A DNA stretch of 64,000 nucleotides from NCBI GenBank assembly GCA_963837955.1, contig CAWIPH010000002.1, positions 384,001-448,000 on the forward strand, in the 5' to 3' direction. The first letter of the stretch is position 1. Each line of letters starts with the position of its first letter. The notes beneath the pieces are model-generated. The model was not told where the DNA came from and ran no database searches. It saw only the letters and a program-made list of their open reading frames with translations. Shown here in pieces: positions 21,173 through 29,598 of the stretch. This DNA comes from an uncultured Verrucomicrobiae bacterium. GTDB lineage: Bacteria; Verrucomicrobiota; Verrucomicrobiia; Chthoniobacterales; JAFAMB01. A program made the position numbers and the translations under genes.

Positions 21173-23068
21173 CTACTGCTGGATCTGCTTTACGCTCACC
21201 CGCCCCAGCGCATTCCCCACCGCCTGCAAGCCTACCGCCTTCATCATCCCGGGGACGAGCGCTTGCGCCTCGACATTTGCCTCCAGCGCTTGTTGCGTCA
21301 CTGCGTCTACCAGGTCTCTCCAATGCTCCTGCGGCTCACCGGGCTTCACCTTGCCCTGCTGCCGGCCTTTCTTGTTCACCAAATCGGTGGCAGCTTTTAC
21401 ACAAGCGTCCATGTAATCTTCATAATCCTGCCCGAATTCTACGATGTCTCCTACCATGCTCAGGTTGACTGCGTCTGAAAATGTTCGGCCCAAAGCGTCG
21501 GTCGCACGCACCTCCACGCGTATATCGTAATTGGCGTCTTCATTGCGCGCGTACAAACGCAGCGTACGGCCCGACATGACGTACGTCAGCTTGATCGAGT
21601 GTCCGTAGATGGCAGTCCCATTCGGAGGAGGCAACGCGACCTTCACCGTTCCGGTGTAATCAAGCTCCTGCGATCCTCTGTTGCCAAGAAAGACCACGTT
21701 ACCTGCTGGAGTGAGCGCCTGCCCATTCACCGTCCATGTATATTCGACCGGTTCGAACACCCAATTTGTATCGACGGTCAAAGTATTTTGATCATCCTGT
21801 ATGGATTCGACGTAATCGAACGCCTTGGGCGCGCACGTAGGTCCCTGTACGGTGACAGTGCCTTGTGCAACGGCGTGGAGATTTGCTGGGGCATCGTTCG
21901 TTCGTATATGGATCGCAGGCTGTTGCACCGCCGACACCACTCCGCCGCCAGCGAGGTCTCCTAGAAGAATGAACCCTTCTGACGAAACTTGGAAGTCGTT
22001 CCAAGTAACGCCACCCAACACCAACCCCGGCCGCGTCTGTGTCGGGGTTGCAGGCGGAACGAAACCTCCATGTATCCCCAGAGCCTTCGCCAGTGTCGGA
22101 CCAAAGAGCACGAAGAATGCTTGGGTGAACGTAAAGTCCAGGAAATCGATCGCTGCTTTTCCTACCACACACAAAAAGTTAAGTTCTAGATGAAAATCCA
22201 ATTTCGGCGTCGGATGATCTGGCGGATCTGGCCTGAAAACAAAGTTCTGCCCCACCAATGACGGAATCAGACTCTGACTGAACGAACCTCCACGTACCGA
22301 CCAACAGGTGTCATGGCCGTCAAACTTTCCATTCACATCGATTCCGCCATCGCGAAAGACGTAGTTCACCTCTGTGATCGTCACGTGGGGCTGAGACAAT
22401 TGCTCGGCCGTCGGCAGTAGCGCAATGACGGTACCTGCTGAGATGGCATACGAAACAGAGGTATTCGAACCTAACGTGGAGGTCAGTGTCCCCGCATCAT
22501 TTCCCCCGAGGTGAGCGCAGAACGTATCCGCGTCGAGGTTCTGGTTTTTACTGAAGACGACCAGCATCTGTTTGATCAAACCGGCATCAGGATAAATATC
22601 GACATCTATGTTCCGTTCGGCGTTGACCAGTTTGTTCACTTCGCTATTTGCCCGCGCTGCGAAGTTCGCGATACCGGCGATCACCGGCGTGGCGGGAGCG
22701 TCCAGCGTCGCACTCAAGATCCGCACCAAAATGAATGTCCCATCAACTAATTGCATTTGAACGTTCACAGCGCCACCAGTGAACGCCGCATCTGGCTCGC
22801 CAGGTAACCGGATCACTCCACCCTCGAGCTGCAAGATCAACGTGCACAGATTCGTCCCCACCGACAATGCCAGGTCCACCGATTTCACCAGCAGATCTAC
22901 AGTGTTCGATGGGCGTGGCGGAAATCCGGACGGTGGCCCCTTAATAGCCAGCCGGAATGGCGTAGCCAGTGTGTTCCCCTGCACCTTGAGTCCGTTCTCT
23001 TCCATCAGGTTCAGCAGCTTGTCTCGCCGAATCTGACATACAAAATCAAAACCCCCGAGCCTGCTCAC
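21173..23068 (-). CDS. Large hypothetical beta-rich protein with C-terminal Ig/PKD-like domain
   Basis: 631-aa ORF; GTG start overlaps the upstream stop (GTGA); EYTWTVNG...VEVRATDALG motif. Confidence 0.85.
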   Translation of the reverse strand: MSRLGGFDFVCQIRRDKLLNLMEENGLKVQGNTLATPFRLAIKGPPSGFPPRPSNTVDLLVKSVDLALSVGTNLCTLILQLEGGVIRLPGEPDAAFTGGAVNVQMQLVDGTFILVRILSATLDAPATPVIAGIANFAARANSEVNKLVNAERNIDVDIYPDAGLIKQMLVVFSKNQNLDADTFCAHLGGNDAGTLTSTLGSNTSVSYAISAGTVIALLPTAEQLSQPHVTITEVNYVFRDGGIDVNGKFDGHDTCWSVRGGSFSQSLIPSLVGQNFVFRPDPPDHPTPKLDFHLELNFLCVVGKAAIDFLDFTFTQAFFVLFGPTLAKALGIHGGFVPPATPTQTRPGLVLGGVTWNDFQVSSEGFILLGDLAGGGVVSAVQQPAIHIRTNDAPANLHAVAQGTVTVQGPTCAPKAFDYVESIQDDQNTLTVDTNWVFEPVEYTWTVNGQALTPAGNVVFLGNRGSQELDYTGTVKVALPPPNGTAIYGHSIKLTYVMSGRTLRLYARNEDANYDIRVEVRATDALGRTFSDAVNLSMVGDIVEFGQDYEDYMDACVKAATDLVNKKGRQQGKVKPGEPQEHWRDLVDAVTQQALEANVEAQALVPGMMKAVGLQAVGNALGRVSVKQIQQ

Positions 23069-23382
23069 GCTGCCACCTTCCGCAATAACCCGTTCACCGT
23101 CACCCGGACATCGCCTCCGGCCTTGCTATTGGTAACCCGATCGTAGGCGCTTTCCCCTCCTCCGCTCGCGAAGAACTCGGGATGCGCTTTTTGGGTCTCC
23201 TTGACCGCCTCAGGCGTCAGCTCGACGTGAACTTCCCGCAGTAACCTCTGCGGATCAAGCAACAATAGGTGGCCGCCATTATGCCTAGCGCCGATCCGCC
23301 GCACGATCTCCTTCTCATGGGCCAATAGCTCTTTCAACGAACACACTTGCAGTACAGCGGACCCAGTTTCTGGGGGTGACAT
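23065..23382 (-). CDS. Small hypothetical protein translationally coupled to the 631-aa gene
   Basis: 105-aa ATG ORF, 4-nt overlap with the downstream gene. Confidence 0.8.
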   Translation of the reverse strand: MSPPETGSAVLQVCSLKELLAHEKEIVRRIGARHNGGHLLLLDPQRLLREVHVELTPEAVKETQKAHPEFFASGGGESAYDRVTNSKAGGDVRVTVNGLLRKVAA

Positions 23383-23509
23383 GCGTCCACATTACGCAGG
23401 CACGAGGCACAAAGCGATTGCAAGTTCCACATTTGCGGGCCGTTCGCGAGAATCTGCGGCCGTCGAGGCTTTTGGTTCGGCGCGGGATCGCTCATGCGAG
23501 TCGCATCAT

Positions 23510-23785
23510 TCACCTGTAGCCATTTAAGACCGTTAATCGGCAAACGTTAACACTTTGCGTTCCATGCTCCGCAAAATGAACATCAAAGATTCCGCGACTA
23601 TTGACTTGAAACGGTTCTCCCTCGTATTTGCAGACGCTGCATTTTCTGGAGCGCTTCTCGTCTTCAAACGGGCTTAAACACACCTTGCAACAAAGCCACG
23701 ATCCCCATTCCTTGACGACGGTTCCGATCCCATACCTTTCATGCTTAACCTGGGTGCCTGGGCTAATCGCTACTTGCGTCCTCAT
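23510..23785 (-). CDS. Tudor/SH3-like protein with inserted CxxC...CxxC zinc ribbon
   Basis: PGTQVKHERYGIGTVV...CKVC...CSVC...DVHFAEHGTQSV...L; likely ATG 23785. Confidence 0.65.
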   Translation of the reverse strand: MRTQVAISPGTQVKHERYGIGTVVKEWGSWLCCKVCLSPFEDEKRSRKCSVCKYEGEPFQVNSRGIFDVHFAEHGTQSVNVCRLTVLNGYR

Positions 23786-23978
23786 CTTGTTCTCTTGCCC
23801 GTCTAGCATCTTTGATTGCCGCGATCTCTGATGCGCTTGAAACCCCGTCTCTCACCCAGTTTACGATCATCTTATCCAGCGGTCGAATTCCAGCAGCCTC
23901 GCTGATCGTTCTAGCTTCAATTGCGCTGCCTGCGCCACACGGCAACGAGTTTACTCAAGCGGCCCGGAGCCAGCGTCG

Positions 23979-24155
23979 CCGGTTTCGAAATCACCGGTGC
24001 TCGCCGGCAGAGAAGGAAAGAAAGTCAAAATCACCGGACGGATCGAGATGTACAAGGGGAAACCGGAAATTCGGATCAATGCGGCCAAGCAGCTCGAGAT
24101 AGGTATGAAATCGGTGCTTCAGACGTGGGTTGCACTTTGGCAGGTTGAAGGATAA
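23979..24155 (+). pseudogene. C-terminal remnant of an OB-fold protein
   Basis: EGKKVKITGRIEMYKGKPEIRINAAKQL, without a start codon. Confidence 0.6.
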
Positions 24156-24245
24156 ACAGACATTAATTTATATCTAGCGGGGACAAAAGAAGCGGCAGAG
24201 ATACTCGTCCAAGCAATCTGGAAGGAGTCTTCGACGGCTAAGCAA

Positions 24246-24820
24246 TTGTTGGAGAAAGCAAAACTCTCCGAATCTTATGGACGATCGGAGATCGAGAAAT
24301 CTCTTTTCATCGATACCGACGATCCAGACAAGCATTTCCACCGCGGTGCGGCAGCGCTATCAGATGCCGAAAAGATCCGCTCTCAGGCTCAGAACTTCAG
24401 CGAGCAAGCTAAGATTCGTTCACAGTCAGCTCAAGTGTTCGCGGCAGTCCTGGGGTACGATCAGCTTTCCGCGACATGTATCATGGCTTGGGCGTACGCG
24501 ATGCACGGCTATATTCCCGGTAAAGAGGCGCAAGAGCGGCACGAAAACGAGACTAAAGATAAACCTGACTATTACGGCACCGCTGAAATGCTTGTGAACC
24601 TGTATTTTCCTGAGTTGCTGCCGGATTTCTTGGCTATCAAAACTTCCTCAGAAAAGACTAGGCTATTCAGATGAAATATCTGAGGGAATCCGAGGCTGGT
24701 AACGACACTTCAATGTTTCTAGAGCCGTTCCTCGCGTCAATTAAAGCGCTTAAAGCAGCTTCCTTGAAACTTGAGGAGATGATCTGCCAACGGGGCAGAG
24801 AAGAAAATCTGTTAGCCTAA
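24246..24820 (+). pseudogene. Hypothetical gene, probably 5'-truncated and split
   Basis: ORF 24246-24674 followed by an ATGA-overlapping 49-aa continuation (24671-24820). Confidence 0.4.
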
Positions 24821-24947
24821 CCAGTCGTTCCTGGTTCAACCCATCCGCGAGCGCATCGACAGCCCTGGGCAATCGCTAAGAGACGTTCGAACGTGTTCAT
24901 AGTGATTATTTGACTACCGATCGTGGATCCATCTGCGGCTTGTCGTA

Positions 24948-25262
24948 ATGTTGGACATGCCAAGCCAGAACAGTGCTTATAAAAAGGTACTCGTTAACGA
25001 ACATATGCCCATAAAAAGGACGCCAGCGAGCCGCTCTCTGGCGGTGATTTTAGAGATCTTAGAACCCGCTAAGAAGAACCGCGTTGATGTGAGAGATGCG
25101 GCGATGATCAAATTCGCGTCCGATCTTGTTCAAAAGAGGATAATGAACGAGGGCTGGGGACCGACCGAAAAAAGGGTCGAAACGATACTATTCAACCAAC
25201 TGCCGCCCCTTGGTGAGCCCGCACGGAAAGGGGACGACTTTATTGCATGGATTGTGGAATAA
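24948..25262 (+). CDS. Hypothetical protein
   Basis: 104-aa ORF ending just before a terminator hairpin. Confidence 0.55.
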   Translation: MLDMPSQNSAYKKVLVNEHMPIKRTPASRSLAVILEILEPAKKNRVDVRDAAMIKFASDLVQKRIMNEGWGPTEKRVETILFNQLPPLGEPARKGDDFIAWIVE

Positions 25263-25271
25263 GGGAAATCA

Positions 25272-25345
25272 CTAGAAACAAAACCCGCTGGCTTATGCGG
25301 TCAGCGGGTTACGCGGCGAAACCCATCGGCTAGCGCATCGACGTT
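25272..25345. repeat. Terminator-containing repeat, copy 1 (internally deleted version of 26928-27041)
   Basis: ctagaaacaaaacccgctggcttatgcggtcagcgggttacgc followed by aacccatcggctagcgcatcgacgtt. Confidence 0.85.
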
Positions 25346-25586
25346 ACATGCTAAGGCCGTACCTTTTGACTAGATCGGCGCATTTTTGAAGGCGCTCTTG
25401 ATCATACGCCGAATTTCCAACATTATTTGCGTTAGCAATGATCTGATTCCCAATCGGTCCTGGAAGCCTGAGGATAACTGTCAGATCTTCTTCTAGCGTT
25501 TTAACCCGCTTCGCCAGCTGGTCTAAATCTCCGTCATGGCGATCCACCTGATGCTCTAGATTTACAAAGTCGTCATCACTGGGCAT
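25344..25586 (-). CDS. Small coiled-coil hypothetical protein
   Basis: 80-aa ATG ORF converging on the terminator. Confidence 0.6.
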   Translation of the reverse strand: MPSDDDFVNLEHQVDRHDGDLDQLAKRVKTLEEDLTVILRLPGPIGNQIIANANNVGNSAYDQERLQKCADLVKRYGLSM

Positions 25587-25648
25587 GGATCGCTTTTACT
25601 GCGCAAGCCAACAAAGGGCAATCCATTCATTTTTCCAGTGTTTCGGGA

Positions 25649-26161
25649 TTACGGGCCGCCACTTTTTGCCGCGTATTCTCTTCGCGCTTTTTCAAGATCC
25701 TGCCGGCGGGCCCAATGATTGCGTCCGAGTGAGTCGCGTATTCCGATGCGCCGGGGATTGAGATCCAAAACGCAGCGGGTCTCAATGGGAAATTCGAACA
25801 CTTCTTTCTCACCGACGCCCACCTTCCTGAAAGCGCTCGCCTCATATCGGGAATAGTTTCAGGCATCAGCTTATCCACGCCTTGAACCACGCGGCGCCGA
25901 TTCAAGAAGCCGGAGCGTATCTCCAAGACGGGCAGCTCCGTAGTGATGTTTCCTGGGCCCACATTCACGATCGACAATCGAAATTCCGGCAAGCTGCGCC
26001 CATCTCCAAACTTTGCCCATCCGAAGAGCCAAAAATTCGATCCGGAGCCGAGGCTTCAATATTACGTCGCGATAAATGTTCCAGCCCAGCGCGAATGCGC
26101 TGACAACGAAAGCCAGAATGCTAATCCAGATTGTTAGACTCTCATTATGTGCGGCGATCAC
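25649..26161 (-). pseudogene. Membrane-anchored hypothetical protein with two frameshifts
   Basis: N-terminal TM (IWISILAFVVSAFALGWNIYRD), middle (FRLSIVNVGPG) and tail (RIGIRDSLGRNHWA...KSGGP*) lie in different frames. Confidence 0.7.
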
Positions 26162-26205
26162 AAAGTGGGCATGGCGAAGATTAGGCGAGCGTTCGCAACC
26201 AAGTG

Positions 26206-26505
26206 CTACTGACTGGATGTGGCGGGAAGAATCGAGATTTCCAGCCTATCCCCGACCTTGACCTCCTCAGCCGCCTCGAACTCGAATTCCCCACGTACCA
26301 TCAATGATCCCGGTTCAAGTTGGTGACTTCCCAGTGCAGCCGGTTTCAAAATTCTCACGAGGAAAAGATCCTTCGAGTACTTATGCGCAGGGGCGTGCAT
26401 TTCCGCGCGGGCGGTGAAGCGGCGGATCTCCACGCCTTCGGCCACTTCCACTATGGGATGCTTTGTTATCCCGGTTACTGTTGCGATTCCGGTGCCTTCT
26501 TCCAT
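26206..26505 (-). CDS. Hypothetical protein
   Basis: 99-aa ATG ORF with protein-like composition. Confidence 0.55.
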   Translation of the reverse strand: MEEGTGIATVTGITKHPIVEVAEGVEIRRFTARAEMHAPAHKYSKDLFLVRILKPAALGSHQLEPGSLMVRGEFEFEAAEEVKVGDRLEISILPATSSQ

Positions 26506-26716
26506 TCCCGAATCGTGTCCTTACGCCCTCTTTCCGTCAATAACCTGTGCGCCAGCCGATTAGATCGAGGCATAATGCTCTTTTAAGCGGCGGCGGAGAC
26601 TCCATTCCTGACAGCTGCGTTTTCGATCTTTTTGCGCTGCCAAGTGCTAGCGTGCCGTGGCGCACTGGAGTATTTTAGTAAGCATCTGATTTTTTCGATG
26701 CAGCGAGGTGTTTCCA

Positions 26717-26911
26717 ATGACAGTTCAAGAATCGGAAAAGGAGCTACTACGATTAGTAAGTAAGGGACAGGTACATTATCCGAATGGCTCTAGTCACTCG
26801 GCGTGGGCCCTATTTGCCAATGAATTGCACCAAAGAGGGTGGATCAAATATAACGAGATTACAGAAAGACTGGAAATCACTCAGCGTGGTATTGACCACC
26901 TCGAACAGTGA
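26717..26911 (+). CDS. Small winged-helix-like protein
   Basis: GAGG RBS; ELHQRGWI...LEITQRGIDHL wing motif. Confidence 0.6.
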   Translation: MTVQESEKELLRLVSKGQVHYPNGSSHSAWALFANELHQRGWIKYNEITERLEITQRGIDHLEQ

Positions 26912-26927
26912 GATTCCAAACTGATCT

Positions 26928-27041
26928 CTAGAAACAAAAACCCGCTGGCTTATGTGGCCGGCGGGTTACGCTTGTTTAGTGCGGGGGCGCTTAAGCGGCA
27001 ACCAGCTGCCGGTTGAACCCATCGGCTAGCGCATCGACGTT
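26928..27041. repeat. Terminator-containing repeat, copy 2
   Basis: ctagaaacaaaaacccgctggcttatgtggccggcgggttacgc...aacccatcggctagcgcatcgacgtt; includes the end of a minus-strand remnant (...NVDALADGFNRQLVAA*). Confidence 0.85.
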
Positions 27042-27347
27042 GCCCTCAGTCCACTCCCTCAACGCGTCACACCCCAATATCGCCCGGATACGTTCCGCCA
27101 TCTGCTCAGGATCGAAGCCGCCGTTCTCGGACACTTCGCAAATACACTTGTATTCCTTGAATGGCGTTTCCGCCAGCTAGCAGATCACAGGATGAAGCAC
27201 CGCTTCATAAGCTGCGAAGCAAATCTTCGCAAAAACGATCCTTGCATACCACTAGGGACATAAAATCGAGAAGTTCCTTAATGGCATACGCAAGACAAAT
27301 TTTCGCAGCCAAAATGTAAAGTGCGTAAGAGAAGGAAACACTAATAA

Positions 27348-27764
27348 GATTCAATAGCATCCGTCCTCTAGGTGCGTCCTTACCTTCGCTTAGACCTATC
27401 TAACTTCCGATTCTCATGCTTTGGAGAAAAGTTCAGGAATCTACGTTTATCGATGCGACCGTGATAGGAGTGCACGGAGATAGAGACTTGTTGTATCTTG
27501 AAGCGCCCGATCAAGAAGCTTTACGGGTTATTCCGTGTCCGCCCAAATACGAACGCCCGCGTAAAGGTGACCGGGTTAAACTCGAGTTGCGGTTGGAATT
27601 GAGTCCAGGTAAAAGACGACGGAGTTGGCGAACGTACATCATCAGCTTTCCTGGCGACGGCCTGGATCGAGAGAACATTCACGAAGTCACGGATTACGAT
27701 TCATGATTCGTCAGCCAGAATACGAGAAAGAATGCTAATGGATACGAGCTTCAATGCGAGATTG
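27348..27764 (+). repeat. Direct repeat copy 2 (matches 8104-8521)
   Basis: 27413-27764 appears identical by eye to 8170-8521. Confidence 0.95.
27416..27706 (+). CDS. Small hypothetical protein, copy 2
   Basis: Identical to 8173-8463. Confidence 0.6.
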   Translation: MLWRKVQESTFIDATVIGVHGDRDLLYLEAPDQEALRVIPCPPKYERPRKGDRVKLELRLELSPGKRRRSWRTYIISFPGDGLDRENIHEVTDYDS

Positions 27765-27983
27765 GATCGAGGGAGAACGGCAAGAAGAAGTTAAGACACC
27801 TCTATCGGCAATCTTGGAATTACTAACCCAACGCCTTACCATTCCGTGCCGACGCGTAGCAAAAGGATATACTCACGCAGCCCCCTGTACGATTTTTAGC
27901 CGAGAGTCTTGCCGGAGACGATAGAAAGACCCGGAAGCCAAGAAAGCGCCTAGAATCGAGCGGTAGGAGCGGCACCAGGTGGA

Positions 27984-29168
27984 TTATTTCGTACCGGGAT
28001 AGATGACCCAAAACTTCGCAGCATCTTCTCGGGTTACGATGTCTAGATAATCCTTCTTGATGACTGCGGCGGAGTTGTCCGCTTCGAGCGCCGTCTTATC
28101 GATACTCTCGTAATGGGCTACGTGCATCGAAATGAAGGTATTCCGACCGGCATTATCGGGCAGAACAATCCCTACTTTTGCAGCAGCTTTTAAGATTCGC
28201 CGCCGGGTAGCTGTATCGCTCGGTCGTCCCTTAATCTTAGAGAATCGATTCGTAGCCTTAGCCCGAACTAGTATCGAGCCACTCTCTTTCACGTGCGGCT
28301 TGAGCCAAGCCAGAGCGTTATCGGACAGAGTAACTCGATAACGAAGATCATTTTTGCCTTTGTATCGCGGCACAATAACCCGCTTCTCGTCATACTTTAC
28401 GTTCGACCAGTCTAATTCATTGAGAGTCGCAGTCCTGATACCGCAAAAGAAAGACAGGGTCAGAAATGGAATAACCTCCGAAGGCGCAGCGCGGAAAAGC
28501 TTCTCGGTCTGTTCGGCGGAAAGTACAGATTTCTCGCCGTTCTCCTCGCTCGATCGTTCCCGGAACTTCTTGATTTTAGCGACCGGGTTCGCCGCGGTAT
28601 AGCCGAAGTCTAGAGCCAGACTAAACACCTGACTGGCGTAGCCGCGGTGCTTATTGCGAGTCTTAGCGGCAAGCGGAAGAGCCAGCAACCATTCGCGTAT
28701 CTCTTCGGTCCGAATCTCGGACGCTAAACGGTCGCCGAATCTAGCCTCCAATTTATTTAGGGTCTCCCGTAGGGTCTTAGCGTGCCGGTCGCTGACTTCG
28801 TTAGCCGCTTTGCGCCGGACGAACTCTTCTCGGACCCGAGAGGCGAGGGTGGGAAAGGGGACGGATACGGAAAGCTGGTTAAGGTGAGCTAAATAATGAC
28901 GAACCGCATCCATAACAGTCTTACCGTGAGGACGTAGCAGCTCGGCGGCCCGGAAAGCTTCCAGCCGCGCTTCAGAATCCAAGTTCACTTTCGAACCGTA
29001 GGCTTCGCGCTCTTGATTACGGTCGGCACAGTCGGCTTTGGCTTCTTTCTCCGTCGCGAACCAATACTGCTTACGCTTTCCGTCTTTATACCCCCAGACT
29101 CGGTACTCCTTACCTGCGAAAGGCTTTGACTTTTTCCACTGGAATCCTACGGGCTTGGGTTTCGCCAT
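27984..29168 (-). CDS. Tyrosine recombinase / phage-type integrase
   Basis: CGIRT (catalytic R), K in KGKN, NAGRNTF (HxxR box variant), KKDY (catalytic Y); adjacent to tRNA. Likely start MAKPK at 29168 (track 29192). Confidence 0.93.
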   Translation of the reverse strand: MAKPKPVGFQWKKSKPFAGKEYRVWGYKDGKRKQYWFATEKEAKADCADRNQEREAYGSKVNLDSEARLEAFRAAELLRPHGKTVMDAVRHYLAHLNQLSVSVPFPTLASRVREEFVRRKAANEVSDRHAKTLRETLNKLEARFGDRLASEIRTEEIREWLLALPLAAKTRNKHRGYASQVFSLALDFGYTAANPVAKIKKFRERSSEENGEKSVLSAEQTEKLFRAAPSEVIPFLTLSFFCGIRTATLNELDWSNVKYDEKRVIVPRYKGKNDLRYRVTLSDNALAWLKPHVKESGSILVRAKATNRFSKIKGRPSDTATRRRILKAAAKVGIVLPDNAGRNTFISMHVAHYESIDKTALEADNSAAVIKKDYLDIVTREDAAKFWVIYPGTK

Positions 29169-29349
29169 AAAATAATAGAATAGCGTGTGCATTTTGCACG
29201 AGTAAAGTTAAAAATTAACGTTATGACCCGCATTTAGCCGTGGAGTCTTTTTAACGTGATTTAACTTTATAAGCCGTCTTTCGGCGTTCTGACGGGGGCT
29301 TCGGAGCGCTTACGAGGTGCTCTCTCCTAGGAACGTAGGAAAACAGAAG

Positions 29350-29421
29350 AGGCGGGGGCGGGAATCGAACCCGCGAATAGAGGTTTTGCAGACCTCGGCC
29401 TTACCACTTGGCTACCCCGCC
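29350..29421 (-). tRNA. tRNA-Cys (GCA)
   Basis: GGCGGGGtagccaagtggtaaggccGAGGTctGCAaaACCTCtattcGCGGGttcgattCCCGCCCCCGCCt; cloverleaf, U73 discriminator, CCA not encoded. Confidence 0.97.
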
Positions 29422-29433
29422 GATGCGAATCGG

Positions 29434-29462
29434 AATTCTCGTTCGGAATTTGGCAGTGTCAA
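29434..29462 (-). promoter_or_regulatory. Putative sigma70 promoter of tRNA-Cys
   Basis: Perfect TTGACA, 16-nt spacer, GAGAAT, ending 13 nt before the tRNA. Confidence 0.55.
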
Positions 29463-29598
29463 CTCGACGGACCGTGCTGGCGTGATCCGAAATGACTTGG
29501 CGCGACCCGAGAGTTCTAGAGTGACGTCGAGCTTCTTGGCGGCTCACGCAAAGCGTTCGTCCTACCGGTCTCGCGCTTAGCCCGCCCCGGTTCGATCA

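Larger units (their letters stand above)
1..29349. mobile_element. Genomic island / integrative element inserted at tRNA-Cys (left end outside window)
   Basis: Tyrosine integrase directly downstream of the tRNA-Cys 3' end. Cargo is orphan ORFs, recombinases, pseudogenes and duplications, in contrast to intact housekeeping genes right of 29600. No second att copy found. Confidence 0.8.

Noticed and set aside
24815..24891. attC-like site (GCCTAAC overlapping a stop ... GTTCGAA)
   Set aside because: Only AAC/GTT pair, the L boxes do not match, and there is no integron integrase or second site.
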